This document shows positions 1-14,210 of a DNA stretch of 64,000 nucleotides, one piece after another. The translations under genes were made by a program, and so were the position numbers. This stretch comes from Carcharhinus longimanus. Lineage: Eukaryota. Below the pieces are notes generated by a model, which searched no databases, had not been told where the DNA came from, and saw only the letters and a list, made by a program, of their open reading frames with translations. Numbering within the stretch: position 1 is the first letter of the stretch; the number at the start of each line of letters is the position of its first letter. The stretch is taken from assembly GCA_030264375.1 (NCBI GenBank), contig JASCQW010000043.1, positions 49,283,657 through 49,347,656 on the forward strand, read 5' to 3'.

Positions 1-75
1 CACATCCTTCCTGTAATGTGGGGACCAGAACTGCACACAGTACTCCAAGTGCGGCCGCACCAGAGTTGTGTACAG
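1..75 (-). mobile_element. CR1/HER1-like LINE fragment
   Basis: Reverse strand reads [25 protein letters not shown], the conserved C-terminal CR1 ORF2 motif. Confidence 0.85.
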
Positions 76-475
76 TATCTCAGGCTTTCAACTCATATGC
101 TTCTCACAGAAGATTAGAAAGAACATTGAACAGATAACCTCAATTAAACGCAGGCAACAGTTGAAGGCATGTCGTAATAATCTGCTTTGAGTACTTACAT
201 GAAGTGTGACTAAATAAAGGATTATGAGTAATAACTTCTGTGGTCTAATTTGAACTATAAAAGCTTTTTTATAAAAGGTGCTAAAGAGAGTCTTGCGTCA
301 TTAGGAAATTCAAATTGCAAATTTCAAGCCACTGCACGTAATCAGAATTTGAAATAAGTCTCAAATGCTGGAAAGTACTGTGATATGTGAATACCATCAC
401 AACTGAAGACAAGGAAATGAATGCTGCTGCCTTTCCAAACCAGACCTAGTGCACGTATAGATGTAGCAGAGAAAT

Positions 476-1310
476 GGGCTGAATCACAATGGTTGGTGGG
501 GGAGGGGGGGTTTCTCCAGGTCCACTAGGACCCAGCGAGTATTGCGATGGCCCAGAGAATTGAGTGTTGGCAGAAAAATGGGATCGCCGCTGGTCGCCAA
601 TCCCATTGCGACTCTCCCAGTATAAGCTGCCGGCCCCGATCAGGCTTCTGCCCAAAATAATGCACAACTTTAAATATAATTAGTGGCGCTTGAAGCTTGT
701 TTCAAACAGCTACAGCTAATCACCACTCCTCGGTAGGATCTACAGTGGGTGGGCTTTCGTAAAGGTCACAAGTGAAGACCTGGTGTGTTGGTCCCTGAGG
801 GTCGAGGAAGCACAACCAAACTCTCAGCAATGGGAATCACCTTCCCCACACCATGCAGGCACGAGGTTTATCTAACCTGACTAGCCCCCCGACCACCCCC
901 CTCCAGCCGCTCTTCTTCCTTAGACCCCCCACTTACCCCACAGTCTCCATGCAGGCCATGCACTTTAGCAGTGTCAATATTGCATTGCTCCGGCACGCTG
1001 GCACTGACATCCTGGTCTGGCACTTTGGGGCCTGATGAGAGTCAAGGAAATAGATGCAGTACGATTTGCCCCTCTTCTACTGCCAGGCTGAAAAGAACGG
1101 ATCTCTCATGGGTCCTGGAGTTGGGTGGGCTCAGGCTGGGGAGGCAAAGAGTTGATCTTACCTCTCTCTGCCAGGATGGGGGTGCTATGGCTGGACTGCC
1201 CCTTCCAGCCCTGGAAGATCTGAAGATTACACCTGGCATGGTGATTTCAGACAGCCCTGTGACCAATATCCACATTCCTGCCTGTCAGCTGTGCAAATTC
1301 TGAAGTGGCC
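476..1310. mobile_element. GC-rich non-autonomous DNA-transposon-like element
   Basis: Starts 'gggctgaatc'; GC-rich island in AT-rich background; internal motifs (ttaaatataattag, ggcactg) shared with other GC-rich elements in the window; right end uncertain. Confidence 0.5.
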
Positions 1311-2344
1311 AGATCACTTTAATCTCTATGCCCCCTTCCCCTCAGTCACCTGGCAGGTTTTAAAATCATTGCAGCCCTCCATTCTGCAGCATGGATTTCC
1401 CTTACTCCATGTCAGAACCTGCAGGTGAGAGCAGACCCCTTTGAAGTTCTCTGCAAGAGACAGATATATATATTTTGTCTTGGGCTGAGGGGAGGGGGGT
1501 GTTCTGGTCTGCACAGCCGTGCATTCTGCCAATGTATGCACACAGTTTTGATTTGAAGTTGCTGAGGCTTCCCGCAAGCAGAAATCATTGAAATCCTCTC
1601 CATTGCACTTGAAGCTGATTTGTAGCAAATTTACCTTGTAGTGCCTCATAAAAGAATCAACTACCAGCTCAGTGGATTTCTATCATCCTCCAGCCATCTG
1701 TGTTTATTTTATTTCTCTTCACGATTGAATGAATATCAAGTACCTCACCGATCCTGACCGCAATGTTGATAGAGTCCAAGCCCAACTGACAGCTTGTGGC
1801 TTCACTTCCTCTTTTTCAAACTACTTCAACGCATTTTTGTGAAGCTGATTTTCATTTGCAATGCCAAAAAGATGAACTACACGAGCAGTCCAATACAAAG
1901 TCAGTGCATTTAGAAAGGCAGGCTCCTTCCAGGCTTTTGAATGCTGCATCATCGTTTGCAACCACTGCAATCATCACAAATTTCTTTACACCTTTTATTC
2001 CAGCCACCACTTTCCACCATCAAGAAGCAATATTCCACAGCATTCTACAAAAATTTATTCCACAACATTTTTTTAAGATATTGCCACAATTGTGTTTGGG
2101 GAACTTTGAACTGTCCATGACACAGCTTCTCAGTACAGATTCAGAGAGTATGCTGATTTCTGCCAAACGCACTGAGCCCCAGATAATGAAATGCAATTGT
2201 TTACCATTGTGCCACTAAAACTCAACTATCTTCAGATAACACAAAGTTATTATCTAATATTCCACATTGAGTATTAATAGTCATGCATGCCATCACTAAG
2301 ACAACAATTTCCAATTCTGTAATATCGCCCGATTTCACCCGTCT

Positions 2345-2935
2345 CACTTAATTTGCTGCTGAAATCCACATTCATGCCTTTTTTTTTATCTTGGAGACCA
2401 GCCAGGAGTTCACTGGAACTGTGGAATCTCTCATTTTACACTCTGTATACCTGAGGCCATTCAAAAACAATGTTTTAACTTGCAGCAAGTCCCATTTGCC
2501 TATCATCTCTGTGCTTGTTGAACTATGTTGGCTCCAGGTCAAGAAATGTTTTTGTTTTAAAATTGTTTCCAAATCCCTCCATGGTCTTACCACTCCTATT
2601 CACTGTAACCTCCTCTCACCCCACAACCATACAAGGTATCTGTGCTCCTCTAGTTCCAGTCTTTTGTGCATCCGCAATTTTAATTGCTGCACCATTTGTG
2701 ACTTTAGCATTAGCTGCTTAGGCCCCGAGCTCAGGAATACCCTCCCTATACTCTTCTCCACCTTAGTTTTCTCCTTTAAGACACACATTTAACCCTACCT
2801 CTTTGAACTTGTGGTTATCTGACCTAATATCTCCTATGTGGCTAAATTAAATCATAGTTTGTTTCATAATGCTCCTATGAATTGCCTTGGGGCAGTTCAT
2901 TAAGCTCAAGGTGTTTCGTAAATTTAAGTTGTTGT
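2345..2935 (+). mobile_element. L2-like LINE 3' fragment, degraded
   Basis: 'ttttaaaattgtttccaaatccctccatgg...tagctgcttaggccccgagctcaggaataccctccct...ctcctttaagacac' resembles an L2 3' region and is homologous to 29020-29497. Confidence 0.7.
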
Positions 2936-3750
2936 CATTGAAGTATGAATGAGCAACAAATTAGGAATAAAAATGTTCCAAGTCTAATCTGTACTATAGG
3001 AGATTCCCATAAAAACTTCCCAAATATTAGATTTATATGAAGTTAATAATTATTTCAAAAGGGCTGATAATGAAATCATCTGTTTGAAAACAGGCCCAAA
3101 ACTTCTTTCACAAAGAAAAGATCAATTATTTGCCATTTTGCTAAGCAATATCAGAGAATAAAAAGCATTCAATGACATCATATGTCATGGAGAACAACTC
3201 CATTTTTAGATATGTTGACCTTTTGGGTAAAGAGTTTCCAGCTGAGATCCATTACCGGTAAGCGCTGATTCTCATCAGCATCATTAGCAAAGGGGGCAAC
3301 AAAAACAGGAGGGCAAGGTTGTAAGACAAGAAATAAAAGCATCTAAAATGAGGAAGACAAACCTCCATGGACAAATTGAGAGTAGCAAGTCATTAGTGAT
3401 AGCAGAGAGCCATAAATCAGTAGTCATAATTTACCACACTTCGCACAAAACTAATACAATTGAGCAGGTGCAATATAGGCCCTCGGGTATGAATCTGTCA
3501 GTGGGGCCTTGTAGTTGTGCTGACAATATATTGTGAGTGGTTGGTATCCAATTAGTGATACTCATTCCAGTGTGAATAATACATATGTATCTGTATATTC
3601 ATGTTGTGTTCATTTCCCTACTGCATTGCCCTCTGCCATTACATAGTTCACTATCTTTCAAAAATGACAGAAATTACACATTGGAAAGAATGAAAAAATC
3701 TATACAAAGGTTATGATTTAGTTACAAATCCTTCAGTTTATCTGAGGACT

Positions 3751-4107
3751 ATCATAGAATCATAGAGATTATAGAAACCCGACAGGGCGGAAGGAAGCCA
3801 TTTGGCCCATCGAGTTTGCACCGACAACAATCCCATCGAGGTCCTATCCCTGTAATCCCACACATTTACCACACCAATCCCTTGAACCTATGAATCCCAC
3901 GACACTAAGGGGCAATTTAGCATGGCCAATGTACCTAATCAGCACATCTTTGGAGTGTGGAAGGAAACTGGACCACCCAAAAGAAAATCCACACAGACAT
4001 GGGGAGACCGTGCAAACTCCACACAGACAGTGACCCAAGCCAGGAATTGAACCCAGGTCTCTGGTGCTGTGAGGCAGCAGTGCTAACCACTGTGCCATTG
4101 TGCTGTT
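3751..4107 (-). mobile_element. HE1-like tRNA-derived SINE with CR1/HER1-type tail
   Basis: Minus strand has 'ggcacagtggttagcactgctgcctcacag' (A box), 'ggttcaattcc' (B box), a tail 'gatgggccaaatggcttccttcc' and (tctatga)n repeats. Confidence 0.9.
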
Positions 4108-4689
4108 CACCTGGTGAGATTTGCCTCATACAAGACTCGAGAGCCTCACTGCAAGAGGCCTTTACCCCGACAGAAAATCCTGCACGCCCTGTGGCAGAAC
4201 GTCACAAAACAGTTCTGGATAAAATTCCCATGACTAATTACCTTGATTTTTATATGTATTGTAACTACTGTCACTTAAGATGGTTGTTTGTGCTTGATTC
4301 GTTGCTCACTTGTGTTCTAAAGTTATGCCATATCATGTGCTTTTCTGTTCCGAACAGACACTAATTTCAAGTCCGGAAATACATTTATAAATTTGATTCC
4401 ATCAGCTTCTCGCAGTAGATTTGACCAGTTAAGCCTGTAATTGAGGTCCATTCTAAGTATGAGCTTAGTTATTAGAATGTAAACACGCGCTCATTTGTTT
4501 CTCATTAGTATTTCCATGATGCTTTTCCTCATACATCAATCTTTAATTACAGAGCTATAAAATCTCATTTGGCACAGCACAAAATGTTGCACATAAACAC
4601 AGCACAGCTGAAAGCGCTCTCACATTGATGACGTATCTCTCAGATAGGTATAATTTCAGGACAGTCAAAAATATTTCACACTCTGGCAA

Positions 4690-5600
4690 TGATTTTGCAC
4701 CCGTGTAAGGCATGAGTGTGAACAGCGATGTGGGCACAAGAACGAGAAAATGAGATTCTTGTCAGCAAGTTCCCACTCTCTGATTTTCCCCACTCTCAGC
4801 CGATTATATAATTTCTGCCCTTCATTTAAGCATACTTTAATACATTTTAACACAATAAGCGGGCTTCCATGCCTGTGATCTCCCACATTTAGAATTCCCT
4901 GGCAAGGTTTACAACTGTTTTTGAAAAACGTTGAGCAGTCAAGGGAAATCTGCCAGGAGTGCACAGGGAAGTATATCCCCCAAGGGAAAAGACACTGCCT
5001 ACTAAGTCTGGCACTGCTTATAGCATTACCACTTAGCACTGTCCCTGAGCAGTGCCACTCTTCTGGAGAACTCCAATGAAATATTTCCCTAGTTTTTTCA
5101 GGTTGGGGAGAGGAGTTTTCCTTAGCCATGGGAAGCAGGGCATTGCCCCGTGCTTGTATGGGATGGTGAGGGGGAGAGTTGTATNNNNNNNNNNNNNNNN
5201 NNNNNNNNNNNNNNNNNNNNNNNNNNNNNNNNNNNNNNNNNNNNNNNNNNNNNNNNNNNNNNNNNNNNNNNNNNNNNNNNNNNNGTGAGGGGGAGAGTTG
5301 TATCCATGTGTGTAGGGGGAGTGGGGGGAGTGGGGGGGGGGGTGTGGGGACGAGGGCTGTTGGGGTCGGGGAGAGTATTTTTTTGCAGCACAGATCAGGG
5401 CACCCTTTAAAATGGTATCTTTATCTCTGTGGAACCAGCATTGCCAGCTCTATTGGGCCCTGCCCCATTAGCAGGATGGCCAAAACCACATCTCCAGAGT
5501 GCCAGAATATCTGGAGAGAGTACTCGACTGTGTAGTTGGAGATCTACATGCCAGTTTTTTCACCTCAGCCAGGCCTCTGTGCACCAAAATTCTGCCCTCC
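4690..5600. mobile_element. GC-rich TIR-type element spanning an N gap
   Basis: Left end 'gattttgcacc', right end 'caaaattctgccc'; G-rich interior similar to 45111-45896. Confidence 0.5.
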
Positions 5601-7004
5601 ATCTGCAACTTGGGAAAACTGTGTTGCTCAGGAGGAATGAGAGGAAAGGTCAGAGGTGTAATAACCATAGTAGTTAAAATACATCAATAATAACCTAGAA
5701 TATTTAATGATGCAGCAACCAATTTCCAGGCAAACACCAACATAGAGTGGTTGGGCCAAATGGCCTGATTCTGTGTCATAACTTTTAGATAACAATGTTC
5801 AATTTCCTTTGATTAAGTCAGTTTTAGAAAGGCATTTCTCAGTTTGACGTGCAACAATTAGATAGCCTCTCTGAAGCCAATATGAGAAAACACTGCATTG
5901 TTAGTGACTCTTAAAGACAGAGCACTGAATAAACTCAAGTGCAAGGCTTTTGTTAATTTCCTATATCATTTAAATACCAGCTCCATTTCACTTTAGGAGG
6001 GTTTATATTTTGTGTTTCCAACATCAGCAGCAATAAAAATAAGGAACCAACAAAAAATATGCTGATGCTATGAAACTACCTTCTGCAGAGATATTCAGCC
6101 CTTCTCTTGATATCTCTTTGCTCCATTGAAAGGAAATGTAAAATTTTGTGGCAATTTTCTTACAACACCTGGAGCACTTATTCAAATGCGGCTGTGTGTT
6201 CCAGATATGATATTCAGTACATATAGGCATATCTTTCCATAGTGAATAGCTCACTGTAAGCAACTCTTTATTATTTAGCATGTAGAAATCTACATATATG
6301 TCTAATAACTCTCATGCTACTACTGGTATCAGATGTTCGGCTTAGCTTTGTTTATACAGCTGCTTTGCCAATCTCACAGACTAAGCAACTGCAAATGCAC
6401 GATGCGCCGTATTAGTCAGTCACTGAACGGTGATGGTTCCTTGGTCTATTTTGGCTTATTTCTAAATATTCATGTCCAAACATTTGGCATAGATAAGATA
6501 GCTCAAATTGTAACAGAAATTATTAACCTCTGCAGTTGATANNNNNNNNNNNNNNNNNNNNNNNNNNNNNNNNNNNNNNNNNNNNNNNNNNNNNNNNNNN
6601 NNNNNNNNNNNNNNNNNNNNNNNNNNNNNNNNNNNNNNNNNTTGATAATCTAAATTCAACTAAAATTTCTCAGCTACTCCTGTGAATGAGAAGCACAGCT
6701 TTAAGAATTTCAGTAGTAAAGACACAAAAGCGATTCTTCCCACACCTTAGATGAGTACAAATTTCTTGTATTTTCCCTCACTGTTCGAATATCGTCACAT
6801 CAATAAAGTGGCAAACTGGATGTGGATACGAATAGCTTTTCGAATCTCTTCTTCCAATCTGTGTGAAAAGCCTTATGGGCAGATCCCACATTAAAGTATT
6901 CCTATTTGAACGTGCACCTACTTTCATTTGAATTATTAGCCCAGGTAATGAGACAAGTAACAGCTATTTGCAATATCAACAGTTTTATAAAGTTCCCAAC
7001 ATAT

Positions 7005-7926
7005 GGAACGTGGTACCCCACAAGGCTTTGTCCTCAGCTCTCTACTATACTCTCTATGCATCTATCAATTTTCAAGTTTGCTGATGACAGCAGTGCAGTG
7101 GGTCAGATTTCAAACAATGACGAGACAGAGCACAGGAAAGAGATAGAGAATCTGGTGAATTGATGCAACAACAATAATCTCTCAATGTCAACAAAACGAA
7201 GGAGATAGTCACCAACTTCAGGAAGCATAGTGGAGAACATGCCCCTGTCTACATCAATTGGGATGAAGTAGAAATGGTTGAGAACTTTGTGTCTTTTCGG
7301 TGTCCAGATCACCAACAACCTGTCCTGGTCCCCCATTCAACACTTTAGTTACAAAAAATGACCAACGCATCTACTTTCTTAGAAAACTAAAGACATTTGG
7401 CATCTCAGCTATGACTCACCAACTTTTACAGATGCACCATAGAAAGTTTTCTTTCTGGTTGCATCACAGTTTGGTATGGCTCCTGCTCTACCCAAAAACG
7501 CAAGAAACTATTAAAGGTTGTGTGAATGTAGCCAAATCCATCATGTAAACCAGTCCCACATCCATTGACCCTGTCTACACTTCCTACTGCTTCGGAAAAG
7601 CAGCCAGCATAATTAAAGACCCCACACACCCAGGACATATTCTCTTCCACCTTCTTCCATTGGGAAGAAGATACAAATGTCTGAGATCACTTACCAGCCG
7701 ACTCAGAACAACTTCGTCCCTGCTGCCATCAGACTTTTGAATGGACCTACCTTGCATTAAGTTGACCTTTCTCTACACCCCTAGCTATGACTGTAACACT
7801 ACATTCTACACTCTCTCCTTTCATTCCCTATGAACAGTATGCTTTGTCTGTACAGCATGCAGGAAATAATACTTTTCACTGAATACTAATGCACGTGACA
7901 ATAATAAGTTGAATCAAACCAAATCG
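7005..7926 (+). mobile_element. Rex1/Babar-clade non-LTR retrotransposon, 5'-truncated and degenerate
   Basis: RT motifs PQG.VLS.LLYSL, IFKFADDSSAVGQISNNDETEHRKEIENLV and NVNKTKEIV.NFRK across frameshifts; ends in an (AAATC)-like tail. Confidence 0.85.
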
Positions 7927-8295
7927 ATAGAAACATTTATAATTAGTATGGTGACATCTATCACAAATGCCAATCCTTTCTCTGACATTCAAGACCATTC
8001 AGATGTGTAGTGCAATTCTACAATTATTTAGAATTCAAACAGGAAATAACTCTTCAGTAAGGTAAGCTATCATTTAGGGATAAAAAGAATGTGGATAAAT
8101 GTGACAGGCAGTAAATTCCCTCTAATTTTTTACAATTTAATACATGAGCACTTCTTCCAACCATTAGTAAGGTTATTGAAACGCAATTGCTCTTCAGTAG
8201 CATGTTGAACTTAGTTCAACTGTTGCATTACTGATTTAACATTCTTAAAGCTGTCTTTTCAATCTGTATTTTAAGTTCTTTTCAGCAACTCATTG

Positions 8296-8512
8296 GCTTA
8301 GGTTGGTTAGCTGAGTTTGCTGGACAGCTGGTATGTGATGCAGAGTGACGCCAACAGTGCAGGTTCAATTCCCACACCTGCTGAGCTTATTCATGAAGGC
8401 ACCACCTTCTGAACCTTTCCCTTCACCTGAGGTGCGGTGATCCTCAGGTTAAATCACCTGAAAGGGGAGAGCAGCCTGTGGCCATCTGGGATGATGGCAA
8501 CTTCACCTTTCA
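8296..8512 (+). mobile_element. tRNA-derived SINE, distinct family
   Basis: A-box-like 'ttagctgagtttg', B box 'ggttcaattccc', internal hairpin acctgagg/cctcaggt, 3' end 'ggggagagcagcctgtggccatctgggatgatggcaac'. Confidence 0.7.
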
Positions 8513-8990
8513 ATGCTGCTAGCAAGGTATTGGTGATGTCCCTTTACATAAATAAACTGTGCAGTTTAAGCTAACCAATGCAAAAGTTCACCAGCATATG
8601 TACCTTGGAGAATAGATTGTAACATCACACCTATGAAATACATTTGCTGAGTTTTCATCCATAGCTTGCAATGTATGTGGAGAACTCCAGCAGAGAGATT
8701 TCCCCATTGAGAAGAAAGGGGATCAGGTTACTGTTGTGAACTTTAATGGCCAGATTTCTGAAGCGACAGGCAGATTTCTTTGATCACCCAATCCACCATT
8801 TATTACAGGAAGACTAAGAAGGATAGGCTCGAAGAAAAATGTTCTTATTAAAAACACATAAATATCTGTTTACATTTGTGATAACATTTGACCCACAGAC
8901 AGTAACAGTAAGGAAAATTTGCAATTACTTTAAACTGTTTGGGGAATTTGTAATTATTTTATTAGAAATGCTCAAAACTGCTATTTAAGT

Positions 8991-9642
8991 TGTAATGGGA
9001 TCAATTGTAATGGTTGGATAAGAAGAAATACTGATCTATGTGACTTGATGACTCTTGGCCAGGAAGTGATGCCCGCAGGAGGATGTTAAAATTTGAAAGT
9101 CATGTGGGATCAGTATTGTAGCAGGGAAGGTACATTTACAAGAAGATGTGTGTGTGTATAATACAGTTTAAAGGACAGAAAGCTGAAGATAGGGATCAAA
9201 CAGAGATCATGAACTGGACAATTCTACTGCTGCTGCTTCAGTTTTGCCAGAGCCAACCAGACTATTTAACTGGGTTTATTAGAAGAGTTGGATAAATGAG
9301 TCTCTGGGGAACATGAGCTATCAAGACTAGTGTCAACAACTCAAGCAAAGGAAGTTCTGCAGGAGTGTGTTGTTTGATTGACTGGATTTGTGAAGGGAGT
9401 GATGTGAGTGCTTGTAATTCCATGAAGTGTATCTTTGTTGAATCAGCTATTTAAAGTGAAACTCATTTTAATTAGTGAAGTACTATTTGTCTCTTAATTC
9501 ATGGTCAATTAACGTTATTTCTGATTTGTGTCATAATAAAAGTTACAAGAAGTTTAATTTTTTTTGCATCAGTTTCTTCACTTGAAGGTAGTTCAGTAGA
9601 TGTGATTCTTTTGGATGATGGATTCCCATGGGGAACAATACA
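8991..9642 (+). mobile_element. Probable solo LTR
   Basis: Begins TGTAAT and ends ATACA; AATAAA about 100 bp before the end; no TSD found. Confidence 0.45.
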
Positions 9643-9859
9643 ATTTACAGATATAATTTACAGGCTCTGAAAATCAGCAAATCAGACAAAATATAGTAGA
9701 GAAGGAAGCAACTGTGCCCAACACAACTGTGAAGATACCAAAGCTAACTTAAAAAACAAACCTTCTACTGAATCTTGTTTCTCTGCTCTTTCCTTATATG
9801 ATTTTATATTCATTCCTTTCAGATAATTTTAATTTATATTATAAATTCCTTCTCAGTAG

Positions 9860-10250
9860 CCCCATGTGATGTAATGCAAGTCCTAATAACCCATTCTTAG
9901 AAAAAAGTTTCTTTTACCTTTCTCCTTCGTTCTTCTTAAGTGGTGACTGTCAATCTTTGGCCCCTTTGTTACCAGTTGGCCAAGCAATTGAACAATCTTG
10001 CCATGTACATCCTCTCAAAGTCTTCTAAATTTCTTTAAAAAGTCATTAATTGATCACTCTTCTTTATTGCCCAAATGTTCAACCCAAATGAGATTGCCCA
10101 AATGTTCAACCTTTTCTTCATAACCATAACCTCTGGAATATCTGGAACAATTTTTGGAAACTTCACCATATCCTGCTCTAATAGCTGTTAAAATTGGTTG
10201 CTTTGAACGGTATGCAATATTCAACTGAGATAAACCAATATCTTGTACAA
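9860..10250 (-). mobile_element. Old CR1-like LINE remnant
   Basis: Degenerate similarity to the reverse complement of the CR1 3' region, e.g. 'atgcaatattcaactgagataaaccaatatcttgtacaa'. Confidence 0.45.
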
Positions 10251-10879
10251 AATGATAATCACATTATCGTTTATATGTTCAGTGCTCTATTGCTTTTGCA
10301 CTATTTGATCCTTTTGGTTTATTTTTATATTTGTTCTTTTATTTTTATTAATGATAATGATTCAGTTGAGACTCCAATTCTTGCCATAAAATGTGATCCA
10401 TTAGATCAGATTAAACTAAAGCTTAGGACTATAACATATTTCTCTCATCCTCACTTCTTGATTCATGTCATTTGTTCTCCTATTCATTTTACCCTAAGTG
10501 CTCTCTGGTCTTCAGATCTTAACCTAGATATTTCAATTAAAAGTAGAACAATTATTTGATGTAAAATGATGGGCAAGACATCCAGTCGCACTGCGTCACA
10601 GAACACACCTAAGTTCATTTCTAAAGTCAGTCTGTATTGCCCATCATTCCTGCATGACTCGGTCTGGAACACATTGATTGGGTGCAATATTGACATCCCA
10701 CAGACTAACCAGCTCATATTACACTCGGATTCCAAATTTGGGAAATGCATGTGCAGGCAATGTCCTTACTGTCTATTCATAAAAAAAAGCGTAAAGCTGT
10801 AAGGTGTGCCCTGTACTAGTGTTAATTAAAATGCTAGGTACCCTTGTTGAGGCAAGTTAAAATTTTGGAACTCCTGCCA

Positions 10880-11690
10880 TTGTAAAGTGTCATAATGGTC
10901 CCTGGATTGTTTTCCGATTGTTTTTGTTAAGCTCTTGTATTTTTCTTATAGAGCATGGCCACATCCTCACCGTGTCAGCAGCAACTGGTCTGCACTACAA
11001 CAGGAAGATGGAGCAAAGGCTGTTATAATGAAAGATGCATATTTTTATATTGTTGTGATTATGTTTTCTATGTAGTTAAAGGAAACTGTATTTGTGAGTG
11101 TACGTGTGTATGTGTGACCAGGAGGAAGGTTACTAGAGATAGGTTGTCTATGAGGTCTAAGTGGTAAAAGGTTAAAGGTATTTGGTTTGTAATGAAAGGT
11201 TATAGTGGGCTTGAGTTACAAATAGGTTGGATCTGAAATCTGCATTATAAGGTAACTGGGGAAATTGTTTTTTCAGTTGTTGAATTTCAAATAAGAGTCC
11301 AGAGGTGACAAAGAAAATTTGCATCTTACAAGGGTTCCTGAGTAAATAGCAAAGGTACATTAAATGTTATTGACCGAAATGTAGAAGCAAAATAGAAAAA
11401 TTGAAAGGTCTTTATGTTTGTAGAAGTTGAGTTCCAAGAGGTGGTGAAGAATAATGGAACTGAGATGAAACAGGAAAAATGTTAAGGAAAGAGATGTTTC
11501 ATTGATTGGAGTTGCTCTACGGGAAACATCCTGAAGACCCAGTTGCTTTGTACGGGACGCTGAGAAGCTATGAAAGTTTTGAATTGGAGGCAGTCACTCA
11601 GTGTTAAGCCAGGAGAGTCTTTGTTTTAGGAAACAGTTTGTTTCTGAACCTCCTGAAATAATTTATATTGCACACAAATTGTTGTCTTTC
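10880..11690 (+). mobile_element. Possible LTR-like remnant
   Basis: Starts 'tgtaaagtg'; G/T-rich plus-strand composition similar to 8991-9642; boundaries unclear. Confidence 0.3.
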
Positions 11691-13749
11691 AAAAGTAACA
11701 GGTTTCCCTGCACAACAAGGTCTGCAACAGCAACATTCCTGAGGCCTCCTGCTGTGTGCAGAGCTTACTGACATCATTCAGGAGCAGAGAGCAGTACTGG
11801 AGGTGAACTAGCTGGTGTCATAAGCATCCAGGTGAGGGAAGTAAATATATATGACACATTGTCCACCTCAATCTGAACAGGCACAGCGATGCCATGTACT
11901 GTGGTTCCTGCGCATCAAAATCAGGGCAACTCTATTTCCTGCCTTCTTGCATGAATATAACAAAGATACCACTCATTTCAGAATCTCATTAAGAGGATGG
12001 CACTTACTCAGAGTTTAGTTACATCACTGATTCAATTACTTAGGCTATGAAGTTAAAACATGAATTAATTCTATGATCCAAAGTATGAAATACATGCAAC
12101 CATCATGTAAAGCCAATTAACATAATAACAATACATATCAAAGTCAAACACCCCTGCTTGACAATGAATTGTGATCTAACATCTAAACAACAAGCATTTG
12201 TTAACAACACACAAGGGACCATTTAAAACAAAAGTAATGCTTCAGTTTTATACACCGCATATGAAGTAGACAAGTAGCATTGTAAAATCAAGCAGTTAAC
12301 AAATATCTATTTTAATTGATAGCGTAACACAAAATCTCTCCAGAGAACAACAAAATCAAGGAAGCTTTAATTTAGGAATGATATTTAAATGAGTACGTGT
12401 TTTCATGTAGAAGTTAACAGCTTGTGATAGGACTTAAATTCAATTCCCAGGTAGATGTCACGTCTGTATTGTGAACCCCCTTCAAATTTCTTTTGATAAG
12501 GTTACATTGAAAACAGATTTTTAAAAAAGTATACAAATATGACTGTGCAGAAATGGTTCCTGCAAATGTAAAGATGCTTCTGCTTTGACACAACACCACT
12601 AAAATTTTACTGCAAGCGTTCTCTTTTTTATTCGTACAAAGTCTCTCGATGAAACACATCTTCTCATGCCAAAAAGACAAATTGGAGATTGCTGTTGAGC
12701 TTATTATATAACCTGTTACTTGAGGGTTAACCGCATTCCAATGTTACCTCCATCACTATATAAAAANNNNNNNNNNNNNNNNNNNNNNNNNNNNNNNNNN
12801 NNNNNNNNNNNNNNNNNNNNNNNNNNNNNNNNNNNNNNNNNNNNNNNNNNNNNNNNNNNNNNNNNNGACACAGATTATTCACATCAGAAATGCATGAGCA
12901 AATCTGAGCTCCTCACATTCCAATATTCCTCATCATTGCCATTCTCCTCAACTCCAGACAGAATCACAAATTGGGAGCTTGCACTTTCAGAAAGGGAATG
13001 ATTGTGCTGCCACAGCACCTACACTCATCTTTCTGACAGCCTCCCTCAAGAAATCTGAACTGCAGCAAATGTTTTCACCTGAAAGATAAAACTTATTATT
13101 GCATCTGTGGAGCTGACATCACCCCTCACCCTCCCCACAAAGAACTGTAAAGGCATTTTTATGTTTGACAATATTTGGTTAAGCACATCATGGAATTTAT
13201 GTAAGGTTGTTGCCAAAGATCACCATCTTTCAGAACATGTTTCAACTATTCTCCATTCTGCTCAGTGCATTCCTTCTGAATTGACAGTGCAGCTGAATAT
13301 TTCGTCATTAAAACTTTATTTTTAGGGTTAACTGTTCATTCTCAGGTTGATGGGGTAGATGGCTACCTTGTATACTTGCATTCATCCTGCAGATTGATGT
13401 TATGATATGTACGCAAAGGCAATTTTTCAGTTTCAGAGAATTCTCTAGAATTTTGTGAGATTGGTAAAATTACTTTCACCTGGTGCATCTGTACTATGTG
13501 ATTATTTTGCCTGGGGCTGTGTTTATTCCCCTTTCATCAAAATATGTTGTAAGTTTGAAAATAATATCCATACCACTGAGACCTTAGTTCCAGGATTAGA
13601 GTGGAAAACTGGATTGTCCCTGTCTGAACCCAAGAACACAGGTAAAAGTAAAACTCTGTACTTTCAAACGAAGAACTACCGTAAGCATTTGATCCTAAGT
13701 TTCACATTAAAGAAACAACAAAGAAGAAGCAATATTCAAAAGATGAGCA

Positions 13750-13930
13750 GAGGAATTTTCCAAGACCTCATGGTTAAGATTTACCCTTCGACCAATAACA
13801 GTAAAATCACATTATTTGGTCATTATTTCATTGCAGCCTGTGGACCGTGCTGTTTGCAAATTGGCTAGTGTTTCCAATATCACATTTCAAATGTACTTGA
13901 TTGGTTTTAGAACATACTTCAACATTCAGA
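13750..13930 (+). mobile_element. SacSINE/DeuSINE-like 3' fragment
   Basis: 'attatttggtcattatttcattgcagcctgtggaccgtgctgtttgcaaattggct' matches my recollection of the DeuSINE/SacSINE1 3' half; homologous to 44390-44590 in reverse. Confidence 0.6.
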
Positions 13931-14044
13931 ATGAATGATCAACTACAGCCCCCAAACTCAGAATAATGTGGCAATGATAGATAAACATGTGTGTCACAAA
14001 TTCAAATTTTTTTATTATGCCGCAACTCAATATTTACTCAAATA

Positions 14045-14180
14045 TAAAGGCAAAATACTGCAAATGCTGGAATCTGAAACAAAAACAGAAAATGCTGGAA
14101 AATCTCAGCAGGTCTGACAGCATCCACGGGGGGAAAATAGAGCCAATGTTTCAAGTCTAGATGACCCTTCATCAGAGCTG
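14045..14180 (-). mobile_element. Penelope-like element terminal fragment
   Basis: 'gcaaaatactgcaaatgctggaatctgaaacaaaaacagaaaatgctgg...atgacccttcatcag' is the reverse complement of 48878-49008. Confidence 0.7.
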
Positions 14181-14210
14181 GATGACCCTTCGTCAATGTT
14201 ACTCAATAAT

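Noticed and set aside
193-220. Minus-strand 11-nt microexon-like signal (cctttatttAG tcacacttcat GTAAGT)
   Set aside because: Not frame-preserving, weak exonic donor bases, and expected by chance in 64 kb.
1796-2218. 140-aa ORF
   Set aside because: Non-ATG start, no recognisable homology, no convincing splice sites.
5166-5303. 19-bp direct repeat gtgagggggagagttgtat on both sides of a 100-N gap
   Set aside because: Most likely an unmerged contig overlap (assembly artefact); similar 'ttgata' duplication at the 6542-6641 gap.
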